IMG/VR virus record: IMGVR_UViG_3300032087_000824
Span: 1 to 61,944 of that record
From: a virus
Taxonomy: Duplodnaviria > Caudoviricetes
Direction: 5' to 3' (one strand)
DNA length: 61,944 nucleotides
Both the position numbers and the translations under genes were made by a program. Each line of letters begins with the position of its first letter. Position 1 is the stretch's first letter. The notes below the pieces were generated by a model. That model ran no database searches. It was not told the DNA's origin and saw nothing but the letters and a program-made list of their open reading frames with translations. This document shows, piece after piece, positions 28,465-38,069 of the stretch.

Positions 28465-30257
28465 TGTTATTTGTTAAAAGAGAACAGAAAGCTAGTGCAA
28501 AAGATTATCCTAATCTTGCACTTGGTACAGATAACAAGTTTATTCGTAGAGTACCAACACCTGCTGCTGTAAGAAAAACAGTTAAGAAAAATGCTGTTCC
28601 AGTTGTAGAAACACAGGAAAGATATTCATCTAGAGAAAAACTTATTGCTCTTGCGCAATCAAAGTTGTTCTCTGATAAGAAGTATATGAAATTGAGTGAG
28701 TTTGATTACTCAACCAATGTACCTGTTGCAGAGAGAATAGTATCTAACTATGAAGCTGATACTTGGGTTAGGAAAGCTATGAGTAATAAAACTACTAGGT
28801 CAATTACAAATAGTGATAAGTATTACAACAGTATGAATACATTACCATATCCAACATTTGGACAAGCTAAAAAGCATATACAAGAGTTTGTGAGTATATT
28901 TTATAGAAAGAATACTAACGATAAAGATATATACAAATTCTTTATGCAGACACTAGCTAACTATGGTACTACATATGCTTCAAGCTATTGGACTTATTCT
29001 TTGTCAATATCTGATGAACTTTTAGAATATGTAGTAGGTAAAGAAGATAACTTTGAATTTGTAGAAGCTAAGTTATTTGCTATGAAGCCAAATGATATTC
29101 ATCAACTTAAACAAGAAGAATGGCAAGTTCTTTTATACAAAGCTGTGATGTTAGAGATGCCTGAGGCAACTCGTAATCAAGTATTTGAGGACACTAAATT
29201 CATTTTGTTAAAATTAAATTCGTTAGCTCAAATAAAAAATCGTGCTTCCAGAGTTCTTAATAGAAAGAGGAATAGAAAAATTTCTCCTAAGAATATCAAA
29301 GATGTTATTGCAAGTATGTCTTATAACAAATACTTTGAACACGTTCAATTTATGTTAGACAGACATCAAAAGATGTACAAAGAAGTGTATCAAGGTACAC
29401 CTACTACTAATAACTTAGTAGAAGCAATAGATGATATGAGTGAATTTAAGGTAGATTACTATGGAAATGTTAAACCTAAAGATGAAGGAAATGATATATT
29501 AGATGACACACCATCAAATGTATTACCTGATTGGCTAACAAAGGACTTGTCTGAGAATATATTAGATGAAGCAAATAAAAATTATAATAGTAATTTTAAA
29601 GTTGAAGGTTATGGTAGAGGTGTACACGGTAGAGGATTACTTCACAAGTTTGTTCCTAACAGAAGGGATAAGGTTGTTGAGGAAAAACTACATAGGCAAC
29701 TAAGTGATGCTGGTGTTAAGCCAAGAAATATACACAGAATACTTACTGATAGGAAAGTATTTGCTCGTAGGAAAAAAATAGCAGGTGGCTCTGTAATGAT
29801 AGATTGTAGTGGCTCAATGGCTTGGTCAATAGAACAACTAAGAGAGATTTGCAGAATACTACCAGCTTCTAAGATTGCTGGATATACTGGATATTCCGCG
29901 AGTGATAAGCGAGATGGTGTTATGTATCAAGGTGATATTCGTATTATTGCAGACAAAGGCAAATATGATGACAACTCACTTATTGAACTTTATAAGCACG
30001 GAAACAACAATGTTGATTTAGATGCTATTAAATGGCTTGCACAACAAGAAGAGCCTAGAATATGGGTTACTGACTTGCAAGTTGTTGGTGTTTCTACTGA
30101 TAGCTACAAGTATATAGGAAAACATTGTCCAGAAACCTTAAACAATGAAGGCAGGGTTGAGATATCGCGCTTTATGAAAAAGCACAATATCATACCTATT
30201 GAAAAGTTTGAGTATGTTAAAGAGTTTGCAACTCAATACGCTAACTTTATAGGTTAA
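28464..30257 (+). CDS. VWA-domain (CobT-like) partner protein
   Basis: MIDAS motif IDCSGSM and later VTD; adjacent to the MoxR ATPase. Confidence 0.75.
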   Translation: MLFVKREQKASAKDYPNLALGTDNKFIRRVPTPAAVRKTVKKNAVPVVETQERYSSREKLIALAQSKLFSDKKYMKLSEFDYSTNVPVAERIVSNYEADTWVRKAMSNKTTRSITNSDKYYNSMNTLPYPTFGQAKKHIQEFVSIFYRKNTNDKDIYKFFMQTLANYGTTYASSYWTYSLSISDELLEYVVGKEDNFEFVEAKLFAMKPNDIHQLKQEEWQVLLYKAVMLEMPEATRNQVFEDTKFILLKLNSLAQIKNRASRVLNRKRNRKISPKNIKDVIASMSYNKYFEHVQFMLDRHQKMYKEVYQGTPTTNNLVEAIDDMSEFKVDYYGNVKPKDEGNDILDDTPSNVLPDWLTKDLSENILDEANKNYNSNFKVEGYGRGVHGRGLLHKFVPNRRDKVVEEKLHRQLSDAGVKPRNIHRILTDRKVFARRKKIAGGSVMIDCSGSMAWSIEQLREICRILPASKIAGYTGYSASDKRDGVMYQGDIRIIADKGKYDDNSLIELYKHGNNNVDLDAIKWLAQQEEPRIWVTDLQVVGVSTDSYKYIGKHCPETLNNEGRVEISRFMKKHNIIPIEKFEYVKEFATQYANFIG

Positions 30258-30306
30258 TGTACATTAATCTATAGACAAGCTAGGTTGCTCTCTCTTAGCT
30301 ATGTCT

Positions 30307-30345
30307 AAAATAAGGCGCAGGATAAAACCTGCGCCTTATTTTTTT
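30307..30345 (+). terminator. Intrinsic terminator
   Basis: TAAGGCGCAGG-ATAAAA-CCTGCGCCTTA followed by a T-run. Confidence 0.85.
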
Positions 30346-30424
30346 ATCTTTACTTATGCATATGCATAGATAATTTTTTTATTTTTATGTGTGCATATGC
30401 AAATGCTTATGGTATGATTATCGT

Positions 30425-30700
30425 ATGATAGATAACACAAATAAAAATGTAGATGATTTACTTGCTAAAGCAACTACACATACAGTAGGTGGAGTGACTA
30501 ACTGGTATTTAAGATTACCAGAAGATGCAAAACCTTTTATAGATGAACTATCCAATAGGGTTGCTAATGAAGGCGCTAAGGCAAATGCTAGAGTTATAAG
30601 CGAAATACTCTCTAACGAATTTGACTTTGAAGTATCTTATAGCAGAGTAAGACATTGGTTAGTTAAATTAGAGAAACAATATGCCGAAAAAAAATCATAA
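30425..30700 (+). CDS. Small putative HTH protein, probably leaderless
   Basis: TGGTATGAT extended -10 ends 6 nt before ATG (MIDNTNK); C-terminal VSYSRVRHWL helix. Confidence 0.55.
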   Translation: MIDNTNKNVDDLLAKATTHTVGGVTNWYLRLPEDAKPFIDELSNRVANEGAKANARVISEILSNEFDFEVSYSRVRHWLVKLEKQYAEKKS

Positions 30701-31745
30701 CAAAGAGTTAGCAGGGCTAATTGCTGAAGCTGAAAGTGATAAGTTAAAAGAACTAAAGCGCACTAATGAAAGATTATTAAAGCAGATTGACAAACTCAAA
30801 GACAAGAAAGCAGATATGATACAGGCAGTTTATCAAGGTGCTAGAGATGGTATGTCTACTCTAACACTTCCTAAGATAACAAAACCTAATCTAAAGAAAA
30901 ACCATAAAGACAAAGAGATATGCGTACCTTTGCTCTCTGATATACAACTCGCCAAGAGAACCACAGACTATGGCACTGAAGTTGCAGAGAAGAGAGTCAT
31001 TGAATACGCACACCGCATTGTCAAACTTACTAATATACAAAGACAATCACATAATGTTGATAAATGTGTGGTGCTTGCATTGGGAGACATAGTGGAAGGA
31101 GAACTTATATTTCCAGGGCAGGCACATTTAATTGACAGTTCTTTGTATAGACAAGTTACAGTAGATGGACCAAGAATACTGCACACTTTCTTTACTATAT
31201 TGTTAGAAGCATTTGATGAAGTAGAGTGTGTATGGGTTATTGGTAATCACGGTGCATTAGGTGGTAGGTCTAGGCGTGATTATAATCCTGAAACTAATGC
31301 AGATAGAATGCTAGGTAAAATTTTACAAACTATGTTTGCTGGAGAAAAGCGAATTAAGTTTACAATTCCTGAAGGTGTTGATAACCATTGGTATGCAGTT
31401 GCTAACTTAGGAAGAAAAGCAAAGTTCCTATGTTTTCACGGAGATAATATTCGTGGAAGTATGGGCTTACCATTTTATGGTTACAATAAAAAAATACTTG
31501 GGTGGAAAGCGTTAGCTTCACAAGGGCTAATGGAGGATTTCACCCACGCAGTATGTGGTCATTACCACACACCAACATCACTGTACATTAATGATGTTCG
31601 TGTATGGGTTAATGGCTCTACTGAAAGTTATAACAGTTACGCACAAGAACAACTTGCAAGTATGGGTAGACCATCACAATATTGTTTGTTTGTAAAACCC
31701 AACAAAGGAGTTACTGCTGAGTATCTTGTTAACCTAGAGGAGTAA
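30681..31745 (+). CDS. Calcineurin-like metallophosphoesterase
   Basis: SDIQ, LGDIVEG, IGNHG, FHGD, GHYH motifs. Confidence 0.85.
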   Translation: MPKKNHNKELAGLIAEAESDKLKELKRTNERLLKQIDKLKDKKADMIQAVYQGARDGMSTLTLPKITKPNLKKNHKDKEICVPLLSDIQLAKRTTDYGTEVAEKRVIEYAHRIVKLTNIQRQSHNVDKCVVLALGDIVEGELIFPGQAHLIDSSLYRQVTVDGPRILHTFFTILLEAFDEVECVWVIGNHGALGGRSRRDYNPETNADRMLGKILQTMFAGEKRIKFTIPEGVDNHWYAVANLGRKAKFLCFHGDNIRGSMGLPFYGYNKKILGWKALASQGLMEDFTHAVCGHYHTPTSLYINDVRVWVNGSTESYNSYAQEQLASMGRPSQYCLFVKPNKGVTAEYLVNLEE

Positions 31746-31781
31746 AAAGAACAAGCAATATAATTTATAAAAAGGAGAATA

Positions 31782-32549
31782 ATGGCGAAGTTCAATTTAG
31801 ACAGTTATGAAACTGTAGAAGATAGGCTCAAAAAGTTTTGGGCAGATAATCCTAACGGTAGGATTGAAACAAATGTAGTACACATTACTGATGATGGTAC
31901 TTGTGTAACTATAAAAGCAGAAATATTTACAGATAGTAAAGTAGTTCTACCTGTATCAACAGGAATAGCACAGGAAACAAAAGGGCAAGGTGGCTTTGCC
32001 AATGCTGATGCTTGGATGGAGAACTGTGAAACTTCCGCAATAGGTCGTGGATTAGCTAACTGGAAGTATCAAGGTTCTGATAAAGCAAGACCGAGTAAAG
32101 AAGAGATGAGTAAGGTTTCATCTTCGTCATCAGTACCAGCCAAGGAGAGTAAACCAGTAGAGGTTGTTAAAGAGTCAGGAGCTTCTTCTACTGGCTCTCC
32201 TATTAAGCAAATAGCTGAAGCAGGATATGGTGATGTTAAATTTGACAAGCACCCAAGCGGTGAACCTGCAATAAACGAGAACGGTTTGTTATGCCCTTGC
32301 GGTGCTTTAGTTAAATGGTATAAAGATAGTGAAAAAACAAAGCCAACAAGTCCAGACTTTAGGTGTACAGCTATGGGTAAATGTACTGCTGGAGATACTG
32401 TAGATGGTAAAGTGTTTGCTAAGTCTTGGTGGATGGACAACAAAGCCACACCAAATAGTTGGCAAGACTTTGCAGCAGTTTCAAATGGTATGACTATACC
32501 TGAAGCTAAATCACTAGATGATATTAATGAAGGGGAAGCACCTTTCTAA
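31782..32549 (+). CDS. Putative Rad52/Sak-like ssDNA-annealing protein with C-terminal Zn finger
   Basis: YETVEDRL...ENCETSAIGRGLAN motif; CPCG...PDFRC...C tail. Confidence 0.55.
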   Translation: MAKFNLDSYETVEDRLKKFWADNPNGRIETNVVHITDDGTCVTIKAEIFTDSKVVLPVSTGIAQETKGQGGFANADAWMENCETSAIGRGLANWKYQGSDKARPSKEEMSKVSSSSSVPAKESKPVEVVKESGASSTGSPIKQIAEAGYGDVKFDKHPSGEPAINENGLLCPCGALVKWYKDSEKTKPTSPDFRCTAMGKCTAGDTVDGKVFAKSWWMDNKATPNSWQDFAAVSNGMTIPEAKSLDDINEGEAPF

Positions 32550-32637
32550 TGTCACATCCAATACCAGGATATAGTTATCATTGTGAGGATTGTGGAGAAC
32601 ATTTAACAGAACAAAAACATATCTGCGATTAAGCAAG

Positions 32638-32668
32638 AGCCGAGGTAGAAAGGATAACACCCTCGGCT
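32638..32668. terminator. Hairpin between convergent early and late transcripts
   Basis: AGCCGAGG/CCTCGGCT stem with a 15-nt loop. Confidence 0.65.
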
Positions 32669-32678
32669 TTGCTATTAT

Positions 32679-32867
32679 TTATTTAGATATTTTTTTCTTT
32701 GCGAACTCTTTAACAACTACCATAGCAGATGATGCACCTGCGATAGCTGCTAATTGGATAGCATCAGCATCAACACCAACTATTGGAGCAACTGTCAATG
32801 CTCCAATAAATGCTTCCACAAATGTCCAAATAGTTTTTTCAAGAATTACTTTATATTCTTCACTCAT
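32679..32867 (-). CDS. Holin (r1t-like)
   Basis: 62 aa, two hydrophobic segments, EKTIWTFVEAF motif, basic C-terminus, adjacent to amidase. Confidence 0.7.
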   Translation of the reverse strand: MSEEYKVILEKTIWTFVEAFIGALTVAPIVGVDADAIQLAAIAGASSAMVVVKEFAKKKISK

Positions 32868-33466
32868 TTTATTAAGTTTCCTAACTTTAGTTTATTATCT
32901 ATGTTTTCTAGTTTAGCAATAATGATATCTAGTTTTTTATCTGTAGTCATTTTATTCTTTACTTGACTTGATTTTTGTGGAGATTTGTGTTCAATAATCC
33001 ATTGTCGCCAAGCATCACCTGGACAATCTGTTTGTTTAAAAAAACTGTGAGGTTTAAGTTCACCACCTACTTGTTCGTAGAGCCACTCAATAGATTTAAT
33101 AGCTTTATCTGAAGGCTTGTCGGTAGGATTGCTACCACCCAACCAGCACACAGCAACATAATGCTTGTTATTATAGTTAATCTCTTCCCTACTGTTGCCA
33201 CCTTGTGCTGCACTTCTGTTTCCAAATCCTCTGCCTTCATATATTTGTCCTGTATCTCCTACTAAAAAGTTATATGCTACATCATTCCAACCTCTGTCTA
33301 CTTGATGCAGTCTTTGTATTGTCTTACACTGGTCCATCTCTGCTTGATTTCCTATTGCAGTAGGATAAGCAGACCAGTGTATAACTAATCCTTTTACTTC
33401 TCCTAGTTTACTAAATTTTGTTTTGTTAGGTTTAGCACCCCAACTATCTCTACTTATTATTTTCAC
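32864..33466 (-). CDS. Endolysin, N-acetylmuramoyl-L-alanine amidase (PGRP/Amidase_2)
   Basis: IISRDSWGA, VIHWSA, WNDVAYNFLV, IYEGRG, PH...TDCPG. Start moved to GTG with GGAG RBS. Confidence 0.9.
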   Translation of the reverse strand: MKIISRDSWGAKPNKTKFSKLGEVKGLVIHWSAYPTAIGNQAEMDQCKTIQRLHQVDRGWNDVAYNFLVGDTGQIYEGRGFGNRSAAQGGNSREEINYNNKHYVAVCWLGGSNPTDKPSDKAIKSIEWLYEQVGGELKPHSFFKQTDCPGDAWRQWIIEHKSPQKSSQVKNKMTTDKKLDIIIAKLENIDNKLKLGNLIK

Positions 33467-33540
33467 AGTTATTACTCCCATTCTTACAGTTACATATCTG
33501 TACAAAAGAACCATCTTCTTTTACTTCTACCATACACATA

Positions 33541-34014
33541 TTATCTATTACTTTCTAACCAAGCAATTCTATTTCCATAGTCATCTAGCTTCCATAAATC
33601 ATTTGTTAAAGATTGTAACTGTGTTTCTAATCTAATTACTTGGTCGCCAAGATTATCCCATTCCCATTTCTCAGGAAGATATTTGTTTTCTATATCCCAA
33701 CCACTATCTAAAACATCTTGTCTTAGGTTATTAACATCAGCTTGTAGATAAGCAATCTGTTCTCCTAAGTATTCTGCATTAACAAGTTGTTGTTCTAAAT
33801 CAAATATCTTTTCGTAAAGAACTGCAATATCAGAAGCTACCATAGTTTCTTCTTTTAACCTACCAAAGTCTTGTTCAATAAAATCCATACGCTCATCAAT
33901 ACCTTGAAGTGTATTGACTATCTCAGCAGCAGTACCTAAACCTGCACCAACAGAACCCATAAGAGCTACTGCTGTTGCAACTAAACCTATGTTATCTTTT
34001 ATTTTTTTTATCAT
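33541..34014 (-). CDS. Membrane-anchored coiled-coil protein
   Basis: N-terminal hydrophobic segment then coiled coil; start MIKKIKD (ATGA overlap). Confidence 0.6.
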   Translation of the reverse strand: MIKKIKDNIGLVATAVALMGSVGAGLGTAAEIVNTLQGIDERMDFIEQDFGRLKEETMVASDIAVLYEKIFDLEQQLVNAEYLGEQIAYLQADVNNLRQDVLDSGWDIENKYLPEKWEWDNLGDQVIRLETQLQSLTNDLWKLDDYGNRIAWLESNR

Positions 34015-34121
34015 ATCTTGCAAGCATCTCCACAATCATCATCAAACTCTTGTGATGTATCTACGAATACAGGATTATCTGTGAACATATCTTGCGGTAG
34101 TGTAAAATCTTCTTCCATTGT

Positions 34122-34298
34122 TTACATTAAGTAAGCACTAATAACTATTGCTACTGTGCCTACTAATCCTAATATTTTATGAAACTCTGATTTGTCTAAT
34201 TTAGTATCAAGCTGTTCTTCTATTTTATCTAGCTTTTCTAATATCATTATATTTAACTCCTTCTGTGTAAATCCGTTTTGATATTTTTCGCTAGACAC
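34122..34298 (-). CDS. Small coiled-coil protein with C-terminal TM segment (58 aa)
   Basis: MSSEKYQNGFTQKELNIMILEKLDKIEEQLDTKLDKSEFHKILGLVGTVAIVISAYLM. Confidence 0.55.
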   Translation of the reverse strand: MSSEKYQNGFTQKELNIMILEKLDKIEEQLDTKLDKSEFHKILGLVGTVAIVISAYLM

Positions 34299-34447
34299 TA
34301 TGGTAGGTCATCCTTACTCCACTCATTATCTAAATCAATAATAGTTTTAAACTCTTTATTAAAATTAATATCATTTACTAATTGTTTAAGGTAAGATGTA
34401 AAATCTTTAAAACAATAACCTAAAGCAAAAACAATAATAAATTCCAT
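34298..34447 (-). CDS. Small membrane protein (49 aa)
   Basis: MEFIIVFALGYCFK...; TGATACAAT -10 ends 8 nt upstream. Confidence 0.45.
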   Translation of the reverse strand: MEFIIVFALGYCFKDFTSYLKQLVNDINFNKEFKTIIDLDNEWSKDDLP

Positions 34448-34466
34448 ACTTTGGAATTGTATCACA

Positions 34467-35174
34467 TTATTTATAATCTTCTAGTTTAATAATTTTTCTA
34501 TAGTTACCACGAAAGGAAGTCATTAATCTTAGGTGCCTTCTTTTAATATCTTCTAGTATTTTCTTAGGTGCTTGACCTTTACCATATACTTCAAAGTCTA
34601 ACTTCTTTCTTTCAAAAGGAACTATACGAAAAAAAGGTACACCTGATTTAATGTTTATTAATTCTTTATCACCATACAAAGCTACTTGTGGATTAACTTC
34701 GTGGTGAACATCAGTGTGTATAACACCTGGTAATACTTCCCAATCAGTGTTGTAGTCATAGTAAACAGGCAATTGTAGTATGCTCCAACCTGGTGGTGTA
34801 ATAATAGTCCAAGGACATATAGCTTTATATATTGCATTGACACCTGCTTCTTCAGGTATCCAATCTACAAACTGTTTATTGTCGTGAAAATCCCATTCAA
34901 ATCCCTCAACAGAAGTTGTCCATCTCCAGTTAATACCATTGTTAGCTAGTATTACATCACACCAATTAGGTATTATAAACCCATTAGAAAACCAATCCTT
35001 ATAACTAGGGCATCTTCTTACAGTTCCACCTGGTTCAAATGGTTGTTGTCCTTCAAATAGTCTAGGAACTTTCTTATACCAACTAGGCATATGCATAGCA
35101 CTAGGGTATGGTTTTAATTCAGGTACTAATTCTAGTCCATCGTATTTTGATACAAAGATTACTTTGTCTTTCAT
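34467..35174 (-). CDS. DUF6065-like protein common beside marine phage tail genes
   Basis: RCPSYKD..GFIIPNWCD, PWTIITPPGWS, LPGVIHTD motifs. Confidence 0.55.
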   Translation of the reverse strand: MKDKVIFVSKYDGLELVPELKPYPSAMHMPSWYKKVPRLFEGQQPFEPGGTVRRCPSYKDWFSNGFIIPNWCDVILANNGINWRWTTSVEGFEWDFHDNKQFVDWIPEEAGVNAIYKAICPWTIITPPGWSILQLPVYYDYNTDWEVLPGVIHTDVHHEVNPQVALYGDKELINIKSGVPFFRIVPFERKKLDFEVYGKGQAPKKILEDIKRRHLRLMTSFRGNYRKIIKLEDYK

Positions 35175-35192
35175 TACTCCACCTTTCTATTG

Positions 35193-35432
35193 TTAAAGTA
35201 AATCTAAATCTCTAAGTTCTGTTATGTCTTGTTTACTTATTCCTGCTTCTTGTATTGTCATATTTTGAAACCTGCTGCAGTTATCTACTTGTTTAATAAA
35301 CATTTCAGCCAAGGCTTCTGCTGTTATTGTAGCGTGTCCATCATAATGTGCTAAGTAATCAAAGTGATGTATAGGTTGCCAATCTTCTAATCCTACAAAT
35401 GGTTCTATTAGTGTATCGTAATCCATTACCAA
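35193..35432 (-). CDS. Hypothetical protein
   Basis: ~78 aa in the tail operon. Confidence 0.55.
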   Translation of the reverse strand: MVMDYDTLIEPFVGLEDWQPIHHFDYLAHYDGHATITAEALAEMFIKQVDNCSRFQNMTIQEAGISKQDITELRDLDLL

Positions 35433-35641
35433 TCCCTTACCATAGGTGCATTTGTTTCAGGGTCACAAGTTGTTTGTTTAAGTAATTCATAGTACCACTC
35501 TAAATCAGTAGCAGGTTTTGTTACAGTGTCTTGACATACTGCCATATCATCTCTGTTACTAGTAATAGAAAAACATCTTCTTACATCATCTACTACTACA
35601 CATACTATGTCTAAATCATATGGTTCTGTGTTAGCTGCCAT
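35426..35641 (-). CDS. Hypothetical protein (possible fibre-associated)
   Basis: 71 aa, coupled to the Gly-rich gene. Confidence 0.55.
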   Translation of the reverse strand: MAANTEPYDLDIVCVVVDDVRRCFSITSNRDDMAVCQDTVTKPATDLEWYYELLKQTTCDPETNAPMVRDW

Positions 35642-36567
35642 TATGCTCCTATACTAGATACTTTCTGTGTAGTTCCGTGAGCTCCACGACTACCATTTAT
35701 CCTAAGGTTTTTAGCACCTGAGTTACCTGAACCACCATTACCACCATTTACATTTGTAGTTATTGAACCTGATACTGTTCCACCTGCTAAAAGAATAATT
35801 CTACCTCCACCTGAGCCACCACCACCGTAAGAGTATAAAGGTTCTGAACCACCCCAACCTGCACTACCACCATTTCCACCAGGACAGGATATTGTTCCTG
35901 AGCCATTAATGTTACCTCTAGCTACCATTACGAATAATCCTCCTGAATAACTAGCACCTGAAAACGGAGAACCTGAAGGGTTTCCTGCACCTGAACCCAT
36001 TGGATATGCACCACCTGTTTGACCATTACCTCCACGACCACCATATCTTTGTTCGCTGTCTCCTGCTCCAATATCACCGTTTCCACCTGCTCCACCTGCA
36101 TAAGGTGAACCTTGGTTCTTGCTATCTTGTGGGTTGTTTCCTGCTGCACCACCATAGCCTGTTCCACCTGAACCATCTCCTGTGTTAGAACCTGAGAATA
36201 CATTAAAAGAGTTACCTGAAGTTGCAGGCATTTTAGAAAATATATCTGTTAAGTCAGGGTGTATGCCATTAGCATCTGTACTACCATTTCCCCATTGTGA
36301 TGTAGAGTTTGTAAATGAACCTGTTTGACCTGATTTAATCCAATGCATATTCCAAGAAGTATCAGCAGGAGTACCACCATAACCACCGTATACAGTGATA
36401 GTTCCATTAATAGTTGCATCTCCATCTACAAATATCATAACACCTCTACACCTATTAGCAGGTGTAAGTGTATTACCACTACTTAAATTAAAAGATGAAT
36501 ATTGTCTTACCACCATATCGCCATCATATCCATTTGGATTTGTTACTGACCAAGTATATGCTGCCAT
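35641..36567 (-). CDS. Glycine-rich tail fibre/receptor-binding domain protein
   Basis: GGGGSGGGRIIL and repeated GGxGG motifs. Confidence 0.7.
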   Translation of the reverse strand: MAAYTWSVTNPNGYDGDMVVRQYSSFNLSSGNTLTPANRCRGVMIFVDGDATINGTITVYGGYGGTPADTSWNMHWIKSGQTGSFTNSTSQWGNGSTDANGIHPDLTDIFSKMPATSGNSFNVFSGSNTGDGSGGTGYGGAAGNNPQDSKNQGSPYAGGAGGNGDIGAGDSEQRYGGRGGNGQTGGAYPMGSGAGNPSGSPFSGASYSGGLFVMVARGNINGSGTISCPGGNGGSAGWGGSEPLYSYGGGGSGGGRIILLAGGTVSGSITTNVNGGNGGSGNSGAKNLRINGSRGAHGTTQKVSSIGA

Positions 36568-36576
36568 TATTTACTC

Positions 36577-36981
36577 CTAATCGTTACCGTCATTGAATGC
36601 ACCATCACTACTGTCACCAAAGTAGTTAGGTTCTATTACTATATTAAATTCTCTTGGACTTTCATTACCAAGGTCATCACTAGCAGTTACTGTAAAAGTA
36701 CTTGTAGTGCTACTTGTAACTTGTCCTGGTGTTCCACTAATTGTAGCAGTTCCATTACCATTATCTACCATTGACAATCCTGAAGGTAATGAACCTGAAG
36801 TGATTGCAAAGCTTTCTCCGTTACCTGCTTCGTCTGCAGCTTGTAAAGTTATGTTGCTATCTTGTGATGATATAGCAACACCAGGTCTAAATGTACCTAC
36901 ATTACCTGCAGCAGTTGTCCATACAGGACCATCAGCATCTCCTACTGATATGAAAGCAAATTTATATGCACCTACAGGCAT
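36577..36981 (-). CDS. Ig-like (He_PIG) virion protein
   Basis: FAITSGSLPSGLSM...ISGTP...FTVTASD motif. Confidence 0.75.
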   Translation of the reverse strand: MPVGAYKFAFISVGDADGPVWTTAAGNVGTFRPGVAISSQDSNITLQAADEAGNGESFAITSGSLPSGLSMVDNGNGTATISGTPGQVTSSTTSTFTVTASDDLGNESPREFNIVIEPNYFGDSSDGAFNDGND

Positions 36982-36987
36982 AGCACC

Positions 36988-37890
36988 CTAGGAGTTTCTC
37001 ATATCCTGAAGGAATGTGACGTGAGGAGTACCACCGTTTACAAATAAGAATGAAACAATATCTACTGTACTTAATGTAGTACTCATAGCAAATCCTCCAT
37101 TACCACTTGTATTAGCAGTAACTGCACTAGCACCATTTACGGTTACAGATAATGTAACTCCATAAGCTGTTGCTGCGTCTTGTGTAATAATTAATTGTGC
37201 TACTGCAACACCTGATGTAGGAACATTTGTAAAGTCTATTGAGGTAATTGCTTCTGTTAATGTAATTGTTGCGACATTTCCTGATGCTAAATCTACATCT
37301 ACATTTCCACTAGAACTTGTTACAGCTTGTACTGTTTCAGTTACGTCTGTTAATGTACCACCAGTATGGTCTAACTTAGCATCTAATTGTGTTTGTGCAT
37401 TAGAACTTAATGTATTTATATATTGAAACTCTGTGCTTGTTACAGAGCCATCTGCAATCTTAGTAGCATCTATACCACTAGCTAATGTTGTAGCTATATC
37501 TTGTGTAGCTGATGCTATTGTACCTGTTACTTCACCTGTTAAAGCTACGTCATTAATTCTATCGTGTACATCCTCTATCATTTCTTTTACAACAGACATA
37601 CGAATGGTTACACCATCATCGTGACTTGGGTCTGCTGCGTGTCTATTCTCAATATCTCTGTTAGATGTGGTTACTAAATCACATACTAAACCTGATATGG
37701 TTTCTACATAAACTACTTCTCTTTTAGTTAAACTATCAGGGTCTATTACTAAATAGAATGGTCCTGCTATAGGGTTAGTACCATCTGATGTAGGTGCTGC
37801 ATCTAATGTAATAGTTGTATCAGATGCACCAATATTTCCATTTGCTGTTGTTTCAAAAAAGTTAGCTAAGTTTACTTCTCTTGCTGGCAT
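36988..37890 (-). CDS. Tail fibre/structural protein
   Basis: 300 aa, T/S/A-rich, IDATKIADGSV segment. Confidence 0.65.
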   Translation of the reverse strand: MPAREVNLANFFETTANGNIGASDTTITLDAAPTSDGTNPIAGPFYLVIDPDSLTKREVVYVETISGLVCDLVTTSNRDIENRHAADPSHDDGVTIRMSVVKEMIEDVHDRINDVALTGEVTGTIASATQDIATTLASGIDATKIADGSVTSTEFQYINTLSSNAQTQLDAKLDHTGGTLTDVTETVQAVTSSSGNVDVDLASGNVATITLTEAITSIDFTNVPTSGVAVAQLIITQDAATAYGVTLSVTVNGASAVTANTSGNGGFAMSTTLSTVDIVSFLFVNGGTPHVTFLQDMRNS

Positions 37891-38069
37891 TATGTTTTCT
37901 TCTCCGTATTAACTGTATCGCCAAGTCTTGATAGTCCAAAACTTGCTAGACCTATTATAGCAGAATAACTTACATCGTCAGTAAAATCAATATCTTCATC
38001 AATAGGTAAGTTACCAATAGTATCTATTTGAAGGCTACCACCTTCTTTCATAATAGTTAGCATTGACAT
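37890..38069 (-). CDS. Small protein (59 aa), probably leaderless
   Basis: MSMLTIMKEGGSLQIDTIGNLPIDEDIDF...; TGTTAGGAT ends 7 nt before ATG; TAATG coupled to 36988-37890. Confidence 0.55.
   Translation of the reverse strand: MSMLTIMKEGGSLQIDTIGNLPIDEDIDFTDDVSYSAIIGLASFGLSRLGDTVNTEKKT

Noticed and set aside
34011-34118. Ribonucleotide reductase remnant (C-terminal CGDACKI)
   Set aside because: Only a short Cys-pair resemblance; no other RNR sequence nearby.
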